This document shows, piece after piece, positions 1 to 9,487 of a DNA stretch of 44,522 bases. Below the pieces are notes generated by a model that ran no database searches, was not told the origin of the DNA, and saw only the letters and a list, made by a program, of their open reading frames with translations. The position numbers were made by a program, and so were the translations under genes. Origin of the DNA: a virus. Position 1 is the stretch's first letter; each line of letters begins with the position of its first letter. The stretch is taken from the UHGV virus genome UHGV-0355499; one strand, given 5' to 3'.

Positions 1-90
1 TCAGCGCCCTGCGCTGGCTCAGTACTGAACAGGCAAGCAGTGTTATTGAGAAACTGAAGAAGTGGCAGCGCAGAGCTGCGGGAGTCAAAC

Positions 91-477
91 ATGAGCGACC
101 TGAATCAGTTTCGAAGTAAAGGGCCGGAACTCCTGGTGGAGCTGGCACAGCATACCTCTGAGACCGTTCGCGAGATTATTGATATTGAGCCCGAAGTTGC
201 CGACCAGATTGGTCAGGCCGTCGCGAACCGCATGATGCAGGTCTGGGGCGGGCAAAACGTTTATTTTCCTATGGGGATGAGATGGAAGATAAGCCAGCGT
301 GACCGTGAAATCTATGAGGCGTTTAACGGACGTAACCACCACGAACTGTCCCGCAGATTCAGGGTTTCAGTTCCCTGGATTTACAACCTGGTGAAGCGCG
401 TAAGAAAGGAAGAAATCAGCCGGTTGCAGGGGCAGTTATTCGAAGACGATGATGAACCGGATGACAGCCGGGATTAA
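91..477 (+). CDS. Mor-family transcriptional activator
   Basis: 128-aa ORF; C-terminal half (GGQNVYFP...FNGRNHHELSRRFRVS...IYNLVKR) matches the conserved core of phage Mu Mor/C-type activators as recalled from memory. Confidence 0.7.
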   Translation: MSDLNQFRSKGPELLVELAQHTSETVREIIDIEPEVADQIGQAVANRMMQVWGGQNVYFPMGMRWKISQRDREIYEAFNGRNHHELSRRFRVSVPWIYNLVKRVRKEEISRLQGQLFEDDDEPDDSRD

Positions 478-488
478 TCAAAAGCGAG

Positions 489-731
489 GTGATAATGCGC
501 TATAAAACCCCCAACAGCGCCCCCCTGAAGAAGGCAGACCATGCAGATATGGCGATGGAAATTATCCGGCATTTTTTTGACGGTCTGACTTCTGCTGAGG
601 CGAGATATGTTCTCCGGGAATGCGACAGGCTGATTGACAACTCGCGCCTGCATATCGGGCCTGATGAAAATTGTGTTTTGTATTACGGGAAAGTTTTACG
701 TAACCCACCACCACCGCCACCAAAGTGTTAA
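489..731 (+). CDS. hypothetical small protein (poly-proline C-terminus)
   Basis: 80-aa ORF 11 nt after the Mor-like gene, followed by an intrinsic terminator; no domain recognised. Confidence 0.4.
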   Translation: MIMRYKTPNSAPLKKADHADMAMEIIRHFFDGLTSAEARYVLRECDRLIDNSRLHIGPDENCVLYYGKVLRNPPPPPPKC

Positions 732-757
732 CGAACGTCAATAAATTCCCGGTTTAT

Positions 758-793
758 GAAAAGCGCAATGGATAACCTGTTGCGCTTTTTTTA
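758..793 (+). terminator. rho-independent terminator
   Basis: Stem AGCGCAA / TTGCGCT with ~12-nt loop followed by a T-run, directly after ORF 489-731. Confidence 0.6.
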
Positions 794-825
794 TTCTGGC
801 AGAAAAACATATCACCGGAGGAAAT

Positions 826-1470
826 ATGTTTGATGCATCCTTGCTGAATCTGCCATGGGCAACGCTGGTGACGCTCACCAGTGGTTATATCGGCTATTTT
901 ATTGCGAACGTGGGGCTGAAGAACCATCACAAACCCATTGAGGTGACGTTTTCGACGCTGATTTTTGGTTTGCTGTCAATGATGGTTTACCAGGCTGTTA
1001 TGTGGGCAGGTCTGAATTCGTGGCTGGCGACACCTCCAACACTTCTTTGCGCTTTTGCATACGCTGCATTATGGAGAAAATATGGGCGTAAATGGATGTA
1101 CAGATTCCTCAGAAATAAGGATATATCATGGTCTGATGATACCCCCTCTGCCTGGATGCGTATGTTTGATCAACATGGATACTATATCAGCGAGGCGTAT
1201 GTCTATCTGAAGAATGGTACTGTGCTGCTTTCTGAAAATCCGGGGAAATTTGAAGGCCAGGCCAGCGGTTCTTTTGTGTTAGGAGTGGAAAAAGACATAG
1301 TGATGTATGTCACTCATGAAAAAAAACCGGGGCGCGATGAATGGATTGAAAAAGATGTTGAAAGTAAAAGCTGGGGAGCGATGGCAACCTATATCCCTGC
1401 AGATCAGATTGCCATGGTGAGGATCAGACGAACCAGAAATAAAGCTATTAGCGCACGGCAGAAAGATTAG
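826..1470 (+). CDS. hypothetical integral membrane protein (N-terminal TM helices plus soluble C-terminal domain)
   Basis: 214-aa ORF with GGAGGA RBS ~7 nt upstream; hydrophobic segments in first ~85 aa; no family recognised. Confidence 0.55.
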   Translation: MFDASLLNLPWATLVTLTSGYIGYFIANVGLKNHHKPIEVTFSTLIFGLLSMMVYQAVMWAGLNSWLATPPTLLCAFAYAALWRKYGRKWMYRFLRNKDISWSDDTPSAWMRMFDQHGYYISEAYVYLKNGTVLLSENPGKFEGQASGSFVLGVEKDIVMYVTHEKKPGRDEWIEKDVESKSWGAMATYIPADQIAMVRIRRTRNKAISARQKD

Positions 1471-2068
1471 TCCCGTGGTGGCGGTGCATCGTCATCAGAC
1501 TGAGAAGAACGGTTATCTGATGAATCGCCTGATGGTCCATAACGTTCTGACTCAAAGGTAACGCATCCTTTCATATCTTCGGAAAAGTCAGATGGGTTGC
1601 TATTTTTATCGGGCATGGGCAATATTTCTCCATTCACGGAACACGGATTAGAAATTTTACCACTCATATTCTCTGTTTTTTGTGAACTGCTACCGTTTCA
1701 CATACAGCAAAACAATTTCATAAAATTATTCGGTAGCATTCGTTTTAACCCACTCCCGTTCGAAATTATCTCACGAATCACCATTCATTTATCTCACGTC
1801 CCTTCACCTCATAGAAGGTTTTCATAATTACCTCGAATAATAAAAACTGCACTATTTGCACAATTTATTATTCGTTTTCACGCCGCTGAGTTCTATAAAA
1901 AAGAAAAAACCTCCGAGGCAGGGTTTTGTTATGGCTCGTTAAATCATCATCCAACTTTTTAGACTGAACGGTGATACTTGCAAATATTTGAAAATATGGG
2001 CTGGAACCCTATCTTATGATGTGCCTGGTAATTTATATTGTTGGGTCTTTATATCATGAGGAATCACT

Positions 2069-2302
2069 ATGGGTACGTTAGGCAACCAGCCGTGCAGAAG
2101 TCGTTATGAGTTCGATGATTTTAATTTAGCCAATCGAGCTGCGGCTCTTACTAAGTTAGCAAAAGAAACTGGTGTATCGGTGGATACCTTAATCAAACTT
2201 GAAATTGCTATGCAACTGAATCGGCTCAACTCCATCCTTATCGAAAACGGTGACAAGATGGACGAGAATCTGGCAGGTATTGGCGAGATACTGCAGAAGT
2301 GA
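2069..2302 (+). CDS. small putative HTH DNA-binding protein
   Basis: 77-aa ORF; segment LTKLAKETGVSVDTLIKLE resembles an XRE-type helix-turn-helix; GAGGAA RBS upstream; weak call. Confidence 0.35.
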   Translation: MGTLGNQPCRSRYEFDDFNLANRAAALTKLAKETGVSVDTLIKLEIAMQLNRLNSILIENGDKMDENLAGIGEILQK

Positions 2303-2611
2303 GAGTAGCCCCTCTTCTGAGGGGTTGCACATTTAAAATATTAAGGGCGGTCTTCTTCACGTACACAGTCACCTGGTCGAATCGTTCACGCATACTGAGT
2401 ACAAAAAATCTCAACGATAAGATCAGGTTAGACCTGTATTTTCCAGAAACATATAGACGCCTAAAAAAACACTAAACTCATGATTATCATGTATGTTTTT
2501 ACTGGAAACATTGAACCATCCACAATACAGCGTAAAAAGCAAGCAATTCACAAGATTTTAAAGTGATTTATCTGGAAGACTTTACTACTAACAGTTAATA
2601 TCGTACCAGAA

Positions 2612-2626
2612 GTGCAGAATTTGCAC
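2612..2626. promoter_or_regulatory. palindromic operator-like site GTGCA-N5-TGCAC upstream of the peptidase gene (similar 15-mer at ~1847-1861)
   Basis: GTGCAGAATTTGCAC ~75 nt upstream of ATG 2701; related CTGCACTATTTGCAC at ~1847-1861. Confidence 0.3.
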
Positions 2627-2700
2627 TTTTACAGGAATGTGGTACGGAACATGCTGTCTATATTTCAACCAATAATCGTAATGCAGTAACTGGAGGAGCT

Positions 2701-3189
2701 ATGGCTACCAACCCAAGAGAGCACGCCCGGCGAGTGCTGGACACGTTCTGGTGCGGGCGTGGTTTCCCTGTTGATCCAGCGAAAATTGCTCACGACATGG
2801 GATTAGATGTTTTTATTACCGATCTTCCTGGGAAAGTTTCTGGCGCACTGATTAAACAAAAAGATCAAGATCCAGCGATCTTTCTAAACAGTGATGACAA
2901 CAAAGTTCGTCAACGTTTTTCATGTGGGCATGAGTTGGGGCATTACATCGCCCGGCAAGCATCGCATAGCGATGAATATGAGTACGTTGATTTACGTGGC
3001 GAAACCGCAAGCGCCGGAACGCATCCTGATGAAATTTTTGCAAACAAGTTCGCAGCAGAACTTCTGATGCCGGTAGATGAGGTCAGAAAACTGCACGCTG
3101 ACGGTCAACCAAGTTATATAATGGCGCATTATTTTGGCGTATCTGACGATGCGATGACTTATCGTTTAAAGAACTTGAGGTTGGGGTAA
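2701..3189 (+). CDS. ImmA/IrrE-family (COG2856-type) zinc metallopeptidase
   Basis: 162-aa ORF with HEXXH motif (CGHELGHYI) and downstream conserved Glu (AAELLMP) typical of ImmA/IrrE peptidases; GGAGGAG RBS. Confidence 0.8.
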   Translation: MATNPREHARRVLDTFWCGRGFPVDPAKIAHDMGLDVFITDLPGKVSGALIKQKDQDPAIFLNSDDNKVRQRFSCGHELGHYIARQASHSDEYEYVDLRGETASAGTHPDEIFANKFAAELLMPVDEVRKLHADGQPSYIMAHYFGVSDDAMTYRLKNLRLG

Positions 3190-3198
3190 CGCTTTAAA

Positions 3199-3804
3199 AT
3201 GCCATCGGATGACGATTTTAACAGCCGTTTCAAACAGGAAGTAGCACGCAGACTGAAGGATTCCCTCAACCTACACCGTCAGTTAGCAGAAGAGGTTGAG
3301 CCGGAGGACGATGAAACTCCGGTTCAGTCTCCTGACGAAGCTTCACCTCAGCCAAAGGTTTCGCACGCCCCCAAAAAAACGGCTGTCCGTATTCGCGGAA
3401 TAGCCAGAAAAAGAGCTGCCGAAGCTCGCAAAATGGCTGTAGCTGCGTCTAGCAAAAGAATTCCAACTGCTACACCCTCTCAACAAGTCACCCGTACTGA
3501 GAGTAAAATCTTGACCGAGTTCACATCTGTGAAACAGGTGAATTCACTTGATACCGAGCATGAGCGCAAACAACTCAACAACAAAGATTTTGAAGCAGAA
3601 ATCGCTCTAAAAAAACGATACGGGAAATGGTTCCTGATTATCCTTGCTTTCCAACTTCTGATAATGAATGGTGTATTTATTGCCGACGGCGCAGGTAAGC
3701 TGGAATTTGAGGATTTAACACTACAGTTGTACATGGGCGGTACTTTGACAGAGGTATTCGGCCTCGTGCTGGTCGTGACAAAATACCTTTTTAAACGCAA
3801 GTAA
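3199..3804 (+). CDS. hypothetical protein with charged N-terminal region and C-terminal double transmembrane segment
   Basis: 201-aa ORF 10 nt downstream of the peptidase gene (likely co-transcribed); last ~60 aa strongly hydrophobic; its last ~72 nt are duplicated at ~7155-7226. Confidence 0.55.
   Translation: MPSDDDFNSRFKQEVARRLKDSLNLHRQLAEEVEPEDDETPVQSPDEASPQPKVSHAPKKTAVRIRGIARKRAAEARKMAVAASSKRIPTATPSQQVTRTESKILTEFTSVKQVNSLDTEHERKQLNNKDFEAEIALKKRYGKWFLIILAFQLLIMNGVFIADGAGKLEFEDLTLQLYMGGTLTEVFGLVLVVTKYLFKRK
3732..3803 (+). repeat. direct repeat copy 1 (3' end of ORF 3199-3804)
   Basis: ~72 bp, ~90% identical to 7155-7226 (ATGGGCGGTACTTTGACAGAGGTATTCGG...AAATACCTTTTTAA). Confidence 0.8.
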
Positions 3805-4266
3805 CTCTCTCGGTCCAACAGTCTTTCGAAGGCCCTGATCAAAGGGCCTTGATAAATTAGCAGTGCGTTGAAAACAGATAGTTATTCCCATCAGTTCCAA
3901 CGTAATACACATCAAAAAAATCACCATTCTTTTGCTCTAACGTCAACACCTACCCTTAAAAAAATAATTCTCCAAGAATGAGAAAGTTATTGTGTGTATT
4001 AGATAAGATATGAGCTGACACATCTATGGCGTGGAGCCAAATTTAATATGACAGTCCGCTCTGTGCCATAAGCGGACTGTCAATAAACAGATTCACTTGT
4101 AAATCTTGAAGCTATACATATTTACTTTCAATGATAAATAAAAGAACTATCCAAAAATCACTGAGAGCATATTTTAACTAACCCTCCGCTACTATTAACA
4201 TAAATTTCACCCAACCATAATTAAATTGATACATATAGCAACTTACCTTGATACGAATCATCTGGG

Positions 4267-4965
4267 TTATATTTTTCCATATTTTTTTCCGTCAAATCGA
4301 ATCATGCCAGGATCAAGAAAATTAATTAAATCGATTAACGCGTGCTGTATTCTGATTAGCCTTTCTTTATAAATTCCGATATCTCTTGTCATATTTATCA
4401 CTTCATTGTTTAAATCTAAAAAAAATGGCTCATTGATAAAGCAATTTTCCTTTGTGAAACTGCCGTAACCTATGCAATCAAATCCAGTATCTGTTGATAT
4501 CAGCATCTTTTCTGCAATAGCTCTCTGCTCTCCTATGAAAAACATAAAATACTGACCAAAGACGTCTGTTTGGATTAATGAGTTAATATTGTTCTGTAAT
4601 CTAATAAACTCCCTCATTTTTTTATTTTTTTCTAGGCTAAGGTATTGAATGTCTATGCGGGCAGCTTCTGTCCATGCAAAAAACTGGGAAAAAAGAAAAA
4701 CAGTATTGTTGATAACATAATCTTGTTGGCGCTTATTCCCATTATGATAAAACTCTTCAATGAACCCCAATTCTAATATATTATAAATACGGCTTTGTAA
4801 GTCTGAAGCTGAGCGAATTAACGGTTCAATATAGTACTGATGTTTTCTCCTTACATCCAGTGATTCATTGAGCTTGTTTATTCTATTCTGATTATAAGTA
4901 GATATAGCAATAGAGATTATAGCTATTGCACCACTAATAAAGCTTGAAATTAATGCCGTACCCAT
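4267..4965 (-). CDS. hypothetical membrane-anchored protein (single N-terminal TM helix), AT-rich cargo gene
   Basis: 232-aa ORF; N-terminal hydrophobic helix (LISSFISGAIAIISIAIS); compositionally distinct low-GC region; no family recognised. Confidence 0.5.
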   Translation of the reverse strand: MGTALISSFISGAIAIISIAISTYNQNRINKLNESLDVRRKHQYYIEPLIRSASDLQSRIYNILELGFIEEFYHNGNKRQQDYVINNTVFLFSQFFAWTEAARIDIQYLSLEKNKKMREFIRLQNNINSLIQTDVFGQYFMFFIGEQRAIAEKMLISTDTGFDCIGYGSFTKENCFINEPFFLDLNNEVINMTRDIGIYKERLIRIQHALIDLINFLDPGMIRFDGKKYGKI

Positions 4966-6152
4966 CTAAAAGTCCTTTGATTCTTGCTTGGTTAACAAAA
5001 TGACATAATTTTATTTAATGCCATAACAACTTAACAATATATCATAATATGATTATTATGGTGTAGCTTGTCGCATCTACGCTCCATTACAAACAGATGT
5101 AAGATATAACCTATATGTTTTAGCCAGCAAATTCGAAAGCATTCAAAGTAGTCTCATCGAACTCTCGAAACCCTATGTCTTCGGGTATAAAATATTTAAA
5201 TCCATTTGCATAATATCGACTCATGTTTATTATATTCTCCCCATTCACCATTAAGATTTGACATTATTTTCAACAATCGGTTATTGCAAGATTGAAATAT
5301 ATTTTTACTTGACACAATATTCCATGTAGCCCAGCGATTCGACTTACCCCCAACTATACGGACAATCTAAATTAAATCGATGATTTTTTGATACATTCTC
5401 CTCTCTCCATTACTTTATGTTTTTGTTCCCCAAAAATACCTTGCTCTCTAAAAAATAATTGTTCTTTAAGTTCAAAATCGAGATCTACATGAGCGTTAGA
5501 TACAAAGCTAATATGTTGAAATGTCTTTCCCCCCCCATAACGGCATTGTTATCTAAACTATGTTACACAAATATAATATTACCCTTTCAACGTAATCCAA
5601 GAATAAGATTAATGCCATTATATATATCATAAATATGATATTTTGTATATTTTTATCATTTAGCCTTGATTGTACTAGGTGTACTCTCAACGAAGTAGGG
5701 AAAGTCTGTTCCTCGCTCACAGCTGCCCTTCAGTAAGCGAAAAAATGCCTACTCGGTGCCATATACAGCCATTGTTATTAACAGCAGGGAATAATTCAAA
5801 ACTGAAATTAAATATCTACCTTTTACAGTAGAAATAGTTCCTCCAGGACACTATCCATTGCCGGGCACAATCACTCGGGGTATAACGATATAAAATATGT
5901 TCATGATAGTGCAGGTTCGTATATTAAGTTCAGCAGCGAAAACATGCCTTACAGGTTTCCGGTTTTGGGAGCGTCGTTACAGGATCCTGCGCATACCGTT
6001 CCCATCTGTTGAATTAAAGGTTTCACAGCCTTTGCCGATATCACCTTTTACCTTACCTGTGATGCGTTCAGTGCTCAGCGTTGTTTACTGTAGCTCTCGG
6101 GACTGATTACAGACCGCGTCTTAAAAACCAATCCTTACTCTAAAGGGAATTC

Positions 6153-7076
6153 ATGAGATTAAAATACTCAGTACTCTTACTCGCCATTGCCCTTACAGGC
6201 TGTGATAACAAAAAAGATGAGATCGGTTGTTCTTCGGAAATAACCCAGTCAGCTCTCATGGATTTATTAAAAAAATCTGCTTATGAAGGACTCTCTGAAC
6301 AGGTCGATAAATACCCTGATGTCACTAATCAGACCAAACGAAGCACACTGGACAAGATCAAACTAGCCATCTCTGAGATCTCCACAACATCAAGTGACAC
6401 GGGCAGCACAATGAAAACTTGTGAAGGGACCGTGACGATGACTCTATCTGCGAACGAGTACGTCCAGCTTTCAGATGCTTACAGAAAGAATTTTAATCGT
6501 AATCTCGATAAGCAAATGGAAAGCCTGTTTTTGGAGAACAACGCAAACGCCTTTTCAAAACGTATCACCTACACCGTGCAGGCGACCGACGATCAGAAAA
6601 ACGTTTTTGTAAAAACCTCTACTGATAATCCGATATCAGTGGGCGCCGCTTTACTGACATCGCTTTCCATTATCACCCCGATCGTTGAGCAGCAGAAAAT
6701 CCAGCAGGCTAAGGATGCCCAACAGAGTCAAATTGAAGCGGAACAACAGGTGCAACTCAGGGCGCAAGAACAGGCTAAGTATGAGGCGGAGAAGCAAATA
6801 GAGAGACAGGCACAACTTCAGCCGCAAAAAGCTGACAACCTTGATCAGTCCCGAATGGCATTTGCGAATGCCGACTCTGATTTGAGTACCGTCTGGAGCA
6901 AGTTAACCCCGGCGAAGAAAAAAGATTTGCTGCCTTCTCAGCGTCAGTGGATCAAAACTAAGGATGCTATGTGCGGTAAAGTTTCAATGCAGGGAACAGA
7001 TGCTGAAGTCAAGAAAATGGTCGACTGCCAGACGCAAATGACCCTTTCAAGAATCGCTTTCCTCAGAAACCAATAA
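6153..7076 (+). CDS. lipoprotein with Gln-rich coiled-coil linker and C-terminal DUF1311/LprI-like domain
   Basis: Signal peptide with lipobox LTGC; QQ-rich coiled coil; C-terminal pattern QRQW..KD..C...(14)...C....R as in LprI/DUF1311 proteins; hairpin terminator at ~7090-7123. Confidence 0.6.
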   Translation: MRLKYSVLLLAIALTGCDNKKDEIGCSSEITQSALMDLLKKSAYEGLSEQVDKYPDVTNQTKRSTLDKIKLAISEISTTSSDTGSTMKTCEGTVTMTLSANEYVQLSDAYRKNFNRNLDKQMESLFLENNANAFSKRITYTVQATDDQKNVFVKTSTDNPISVGAALLTSLSIITPIVEQQKIQQAKDAQQSQIEAEQQVQLRAQEQAKYEAEKQIERQAQLQPQKADNLDQSRMAFANADSDLSTVWSKLTPAKKKDLLPSQRQWIKTKDAMCGKVSMQGTDAEVKKMVDCQTQMTLSRIAFLRNQ

Positions 7077-7154
7077 CTGAAGTCTCCTTCAAGCTGGCGC
7101 CAGGTGTTAACCTGGTGCCAGCTTAGTCATCAAGTGCATATGTAACTGTTTTAT

Positions 7155-7226
7155 ATGGGCGGTACTTTGACAGAGGTATTCGGTCTCGTGCTGGTCGTGG
7201 TCAAATACCTTTTTAAGCGCAAATAG
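7155..7226 (+). repeat. direct repeat copy 2 (orphan duplicate of the 3' end of ORF 3199-3804)
   Basis: Matches 3732-3803 with ~7 mismatches, including the same stop context; no upstream ORF body. Confidence 0.8.
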
Positions 7227-7250
7227 AGTATTTCCGCCCCAAACAACCTG

Positions 7251-8069
7251 TCAAAATGCTGAATTAGCAACGGATATAGCCGACTTTTTCCCCATTACCA
7301 TCAATTTATCCAGTGTCATACTTCGCAGATTGTCGCTGTGGATCACCAGATACCCTGCCCGCTCAGCGATCTCTTTGAAAGCGTCAAAGGTCATCAGATG
7401 TTCGCCTTTGGCAACATGGCGCATCCCGGTCACTTTTCCATTTTTGATAGTGGTGATAAAAGAAAAATCTGGAATGGTTGGGTGATTTTCATCGAGTAGC
7501 AGGCAGTGGATGTATTCAATCGCCTCTAACATTTGCGTCTGTGACAGTTGTTCTATGTGAGAGACGGCGAAGCGTTGATGAATCATGGTGTAGGCATCGG
7601 GATACATCATGCCTTTCTTGCCGACCAGTATATTAACGGCATCACGCAAGGGAGTACGGTCATCGGTAGTTGTACTCCGCCTCTCTGGACGCTGGCTAAA
7701 ATAACAATCTTCCAGCTTTTCGAAAACTTCCCAGGCCTGTTCTGTTTCCAGCATTTTGGCATGGCGAGCTGCGCCGCGTTCTGTCCAGAGAATGAGGGAT
7801 CGGGTATGTTTAGCAACTGACTGACTATCTGTCAGTCTGTTTTTGAAGTCGCGTAATTCATTACCTTCCAGCTTAAAAAAATGCTTTCCTACGACAAATC
7901 TGGCGATGTTGCGCTTGAAGTTTTGCTGGATACCATTTACTTCCGTGCCATACAAACTGGCAAGCAATTCAGTAGTGATGACGGGAAGTTGGTTATGATG
8001 TAGCGGAGAAAGGGATTCCGCAGATATTTGGACTGTCATCGCAGTGGCCTCACTTAGTGTTTTTTTCAT
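7251..8069 (-). CDS. phage antirepressor (Ant-like)
   Basis: N-terminal region (LPVITTELLASLYGTEVNGIQQNFKRNIARFVVGKHFFKLEGNELRDFKN) resembles phage antirepressor N-terminal domains; ORF-track start at 8087 is TTG, first ATG at ~8069. Confidence 0.7.
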   Translation of the reverse strand: MKKTLSEATAMTVQISAESLSPLHHNQLPVITTELLASLYGTEVNGIQQNFKRNIARFVVGKHFFKLEGNELRDFKNRLTDSQSVAKHTRSLILWTERGAARHAKMLETEQAWEVFEKLEDCYFSQRPERRSTTTDDRTPLRDAVNILVGKKGMMYPDAYTMIHQRFAVSHIEQLSQTQMLEAIEYIHCLLLDENHPTIPDFSFITTIKNGKVTGMRHVAKGEHLMTFDAFKEIAERAGYLVIHSDNLRSMTLDKLMVMGKKSAISVANSAF

Positions 8070-8311
8070 CACCACCAGCGACGCCAATCATCTGGTGGTG
8101 AGCTGTGCAGGGTTGGCGTAACCGGCTAAGTGAACCCGGCGCTTCCACAGAAGCCCCCACACAGCCCACCATAATGCGAATGTGGCCGTGCCTAACACAT
8201 AAAAAAACCGCTAACGCGGCTATGCGTCACTTAGATATCCGGGACGCCAATCCCGGCAACCGATTTTGCGGCTGCGCGGAAACTATAGCCCCGGACTTTT
8301 TCTAAGTCAAT

Positions 8312-8533
8312 TCAATCAACTTCAAACCTCCGGTGTTCACATTCCATACACTCAACGGGAACATCATCGCGATGCAAGTCCACATATCCGACCCGCTTAT
8401 ACAACTCAATAATGTCCGGTAACGTGACCAGATGTTTTTCCGGTTCCAACACCTCAGCCCGGGTTACTTTGTAATCTGAAATATAGAGCACTATCCGCCC
8501 GTTCCGTGGTAACTCCAGTTTATCGCCAAACAT
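8312..8533 (-). CDS. hypothetical phage protein
   Basis: 73-aa ORF in the early-right gene string; no domain recognised. Confidence 0.35.
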   Translation of the reverse strand: MFGDKLELPRNGRIVLYISDYKVTRAEVLEPEKHLVTLPDIIELYKRVGYVDLHRDDVPVECMECEHRRFEVD

Positions 8534-8720
8534 GTCCTTTCCCTCCGGGAAACCAATGATATTGACGATATTACACCCACAACGATTCGTTTTACGTCAC
8601 TCCGCAATCACCATACATCCGTACCAATCCGTACATTCCCACCACAAAAACGATATTTGACAGGCACTGGTAATAGATTTTTAACGCGTGCTATTGCCTT
8701 GCGACGTATTTTCAATTCAC

Positions 8721-8945
8721 TCATACAGCCTCCCTGCTCTCAAACGGACGAATATTGGTTGGTTCTCCACACGGAATAGCCCAACCCAGCCAGGTAAATA
8801 TTTTCAGGTCACACATCGCGTCATACCGTTCGCCAGGATTCACATCCACCATGCTGCAGGCAATTTCATATTGTTCACCATTATCAGTCAGTGCGATCTG
8901 GTCATTAATAAACCGGGGCACAAATGCAAGAAAAAGTTCTTTCAT
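8721..8945 (-). CDS. hypothetical phage protein
   Basis: 74-aa ORF, stop/start overlap with the upstream gene suggests translational coupling. Confidence 0.4.
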   Translation of the reverse strand: MKELFLAFVPRFINDQIALTDNGEQYEIACSMVDVNPGERYDAMCDLKIFTWLGWAIPCGEPTNIRPFESREAV

Positions 8946-9253
8946 GAAATTCTCCGCTCAAAATAAACAAACTGATTCACCGCTCCGATCGGCATTTCGA
9001 GTTTTTCTGCGATATCCTGGCGATTAATACCCGACTGATGTAATTCCCTTGCCAGCTCGATATCTTCCTGGAGGTATTTCACTGACTGGTGATAATTACC
9101 CCGCAGATACATACAGATTTTCAGCTCGCGCGCTTTTGTGCGTACCGCTGCACCGGTTCTGCCAATAAGCTGCCCTATACGTTCAACTGTCATGCTGCCC
9201 GCACATTGTTTGATGATTACGACTTCCGCACGCACCCACCGTTTGTATTTCAT
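8942..9253 (-). CDS. putative DNA-binding (HTH) phage protein
   Basis: 103-aa ORF with HTH-like segments (MTVERIGQLIGRTGAAVRTKAREL; INRQDIAEKLEMPIGAVNQF); overlaps neighbours by 4 nt. Confidence 0.45.
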   Translation of the reverse strand: MKYKRWVRAEVVIIKQCAGSMTVERIGQLIGRTGAAVRTKARELKICMYLRGNYHQSVKYLQEDIELARELHQSGINRQDIAEKLEMPIGAVNQFVYFERRIS

Positions 9254-9486
9254 TGTTCCATCACCCCTCTCCAGTAGTTCAGACGCTCTCTGAAAAATTC
9301 CCGGTACGTATCTGGCGTCATTCCGATTTGCTCAATCACGCTTCCCCTCGGAATACGTTTCTCAAAGAGTTGGCGGATCAGCGCCGCCGCTCGCATGTCG
9401 TAGTGCTCTTTAAGCTGGTATTCCTGGGGCCATTTGGCGCGGTTGTGTGGTAAGCCGGGCGGCAGGTAATCTGATTGCCCGGCCAT
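9250..9486 (-). CDS. hypothetical phage protein
   Basis: 78-aa ORF in tightly packed operon downstream of helicase gene. Confidence 0.4.
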   Translation of the reverse strand: MAGQSDYLPPGLPHNRAKWPQEYQLKEHYDMRAAALIRQLFEKRIPRGSVIEQIGMTPDTYREFFRERLNYWRGVMEQ

Positions 9487-9487
9487 A

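Noticed and set aside
1467-1667. 66-aa minus-strand ORF overlapping the end of the membrane-protein gene
   Set aside because: Ser/Asp/Pro-rich low-complexity product, weak ribosome-binding site, convergent overlap with a better-supported gene.
8105-8305. 66-aa plus-strand ORF upstream of the antirepressor gene
   Set aside because: No ribosome-binding site, lies in the antirepressor 5' region, Arg/Cys-rich composition; more likely untranslated.
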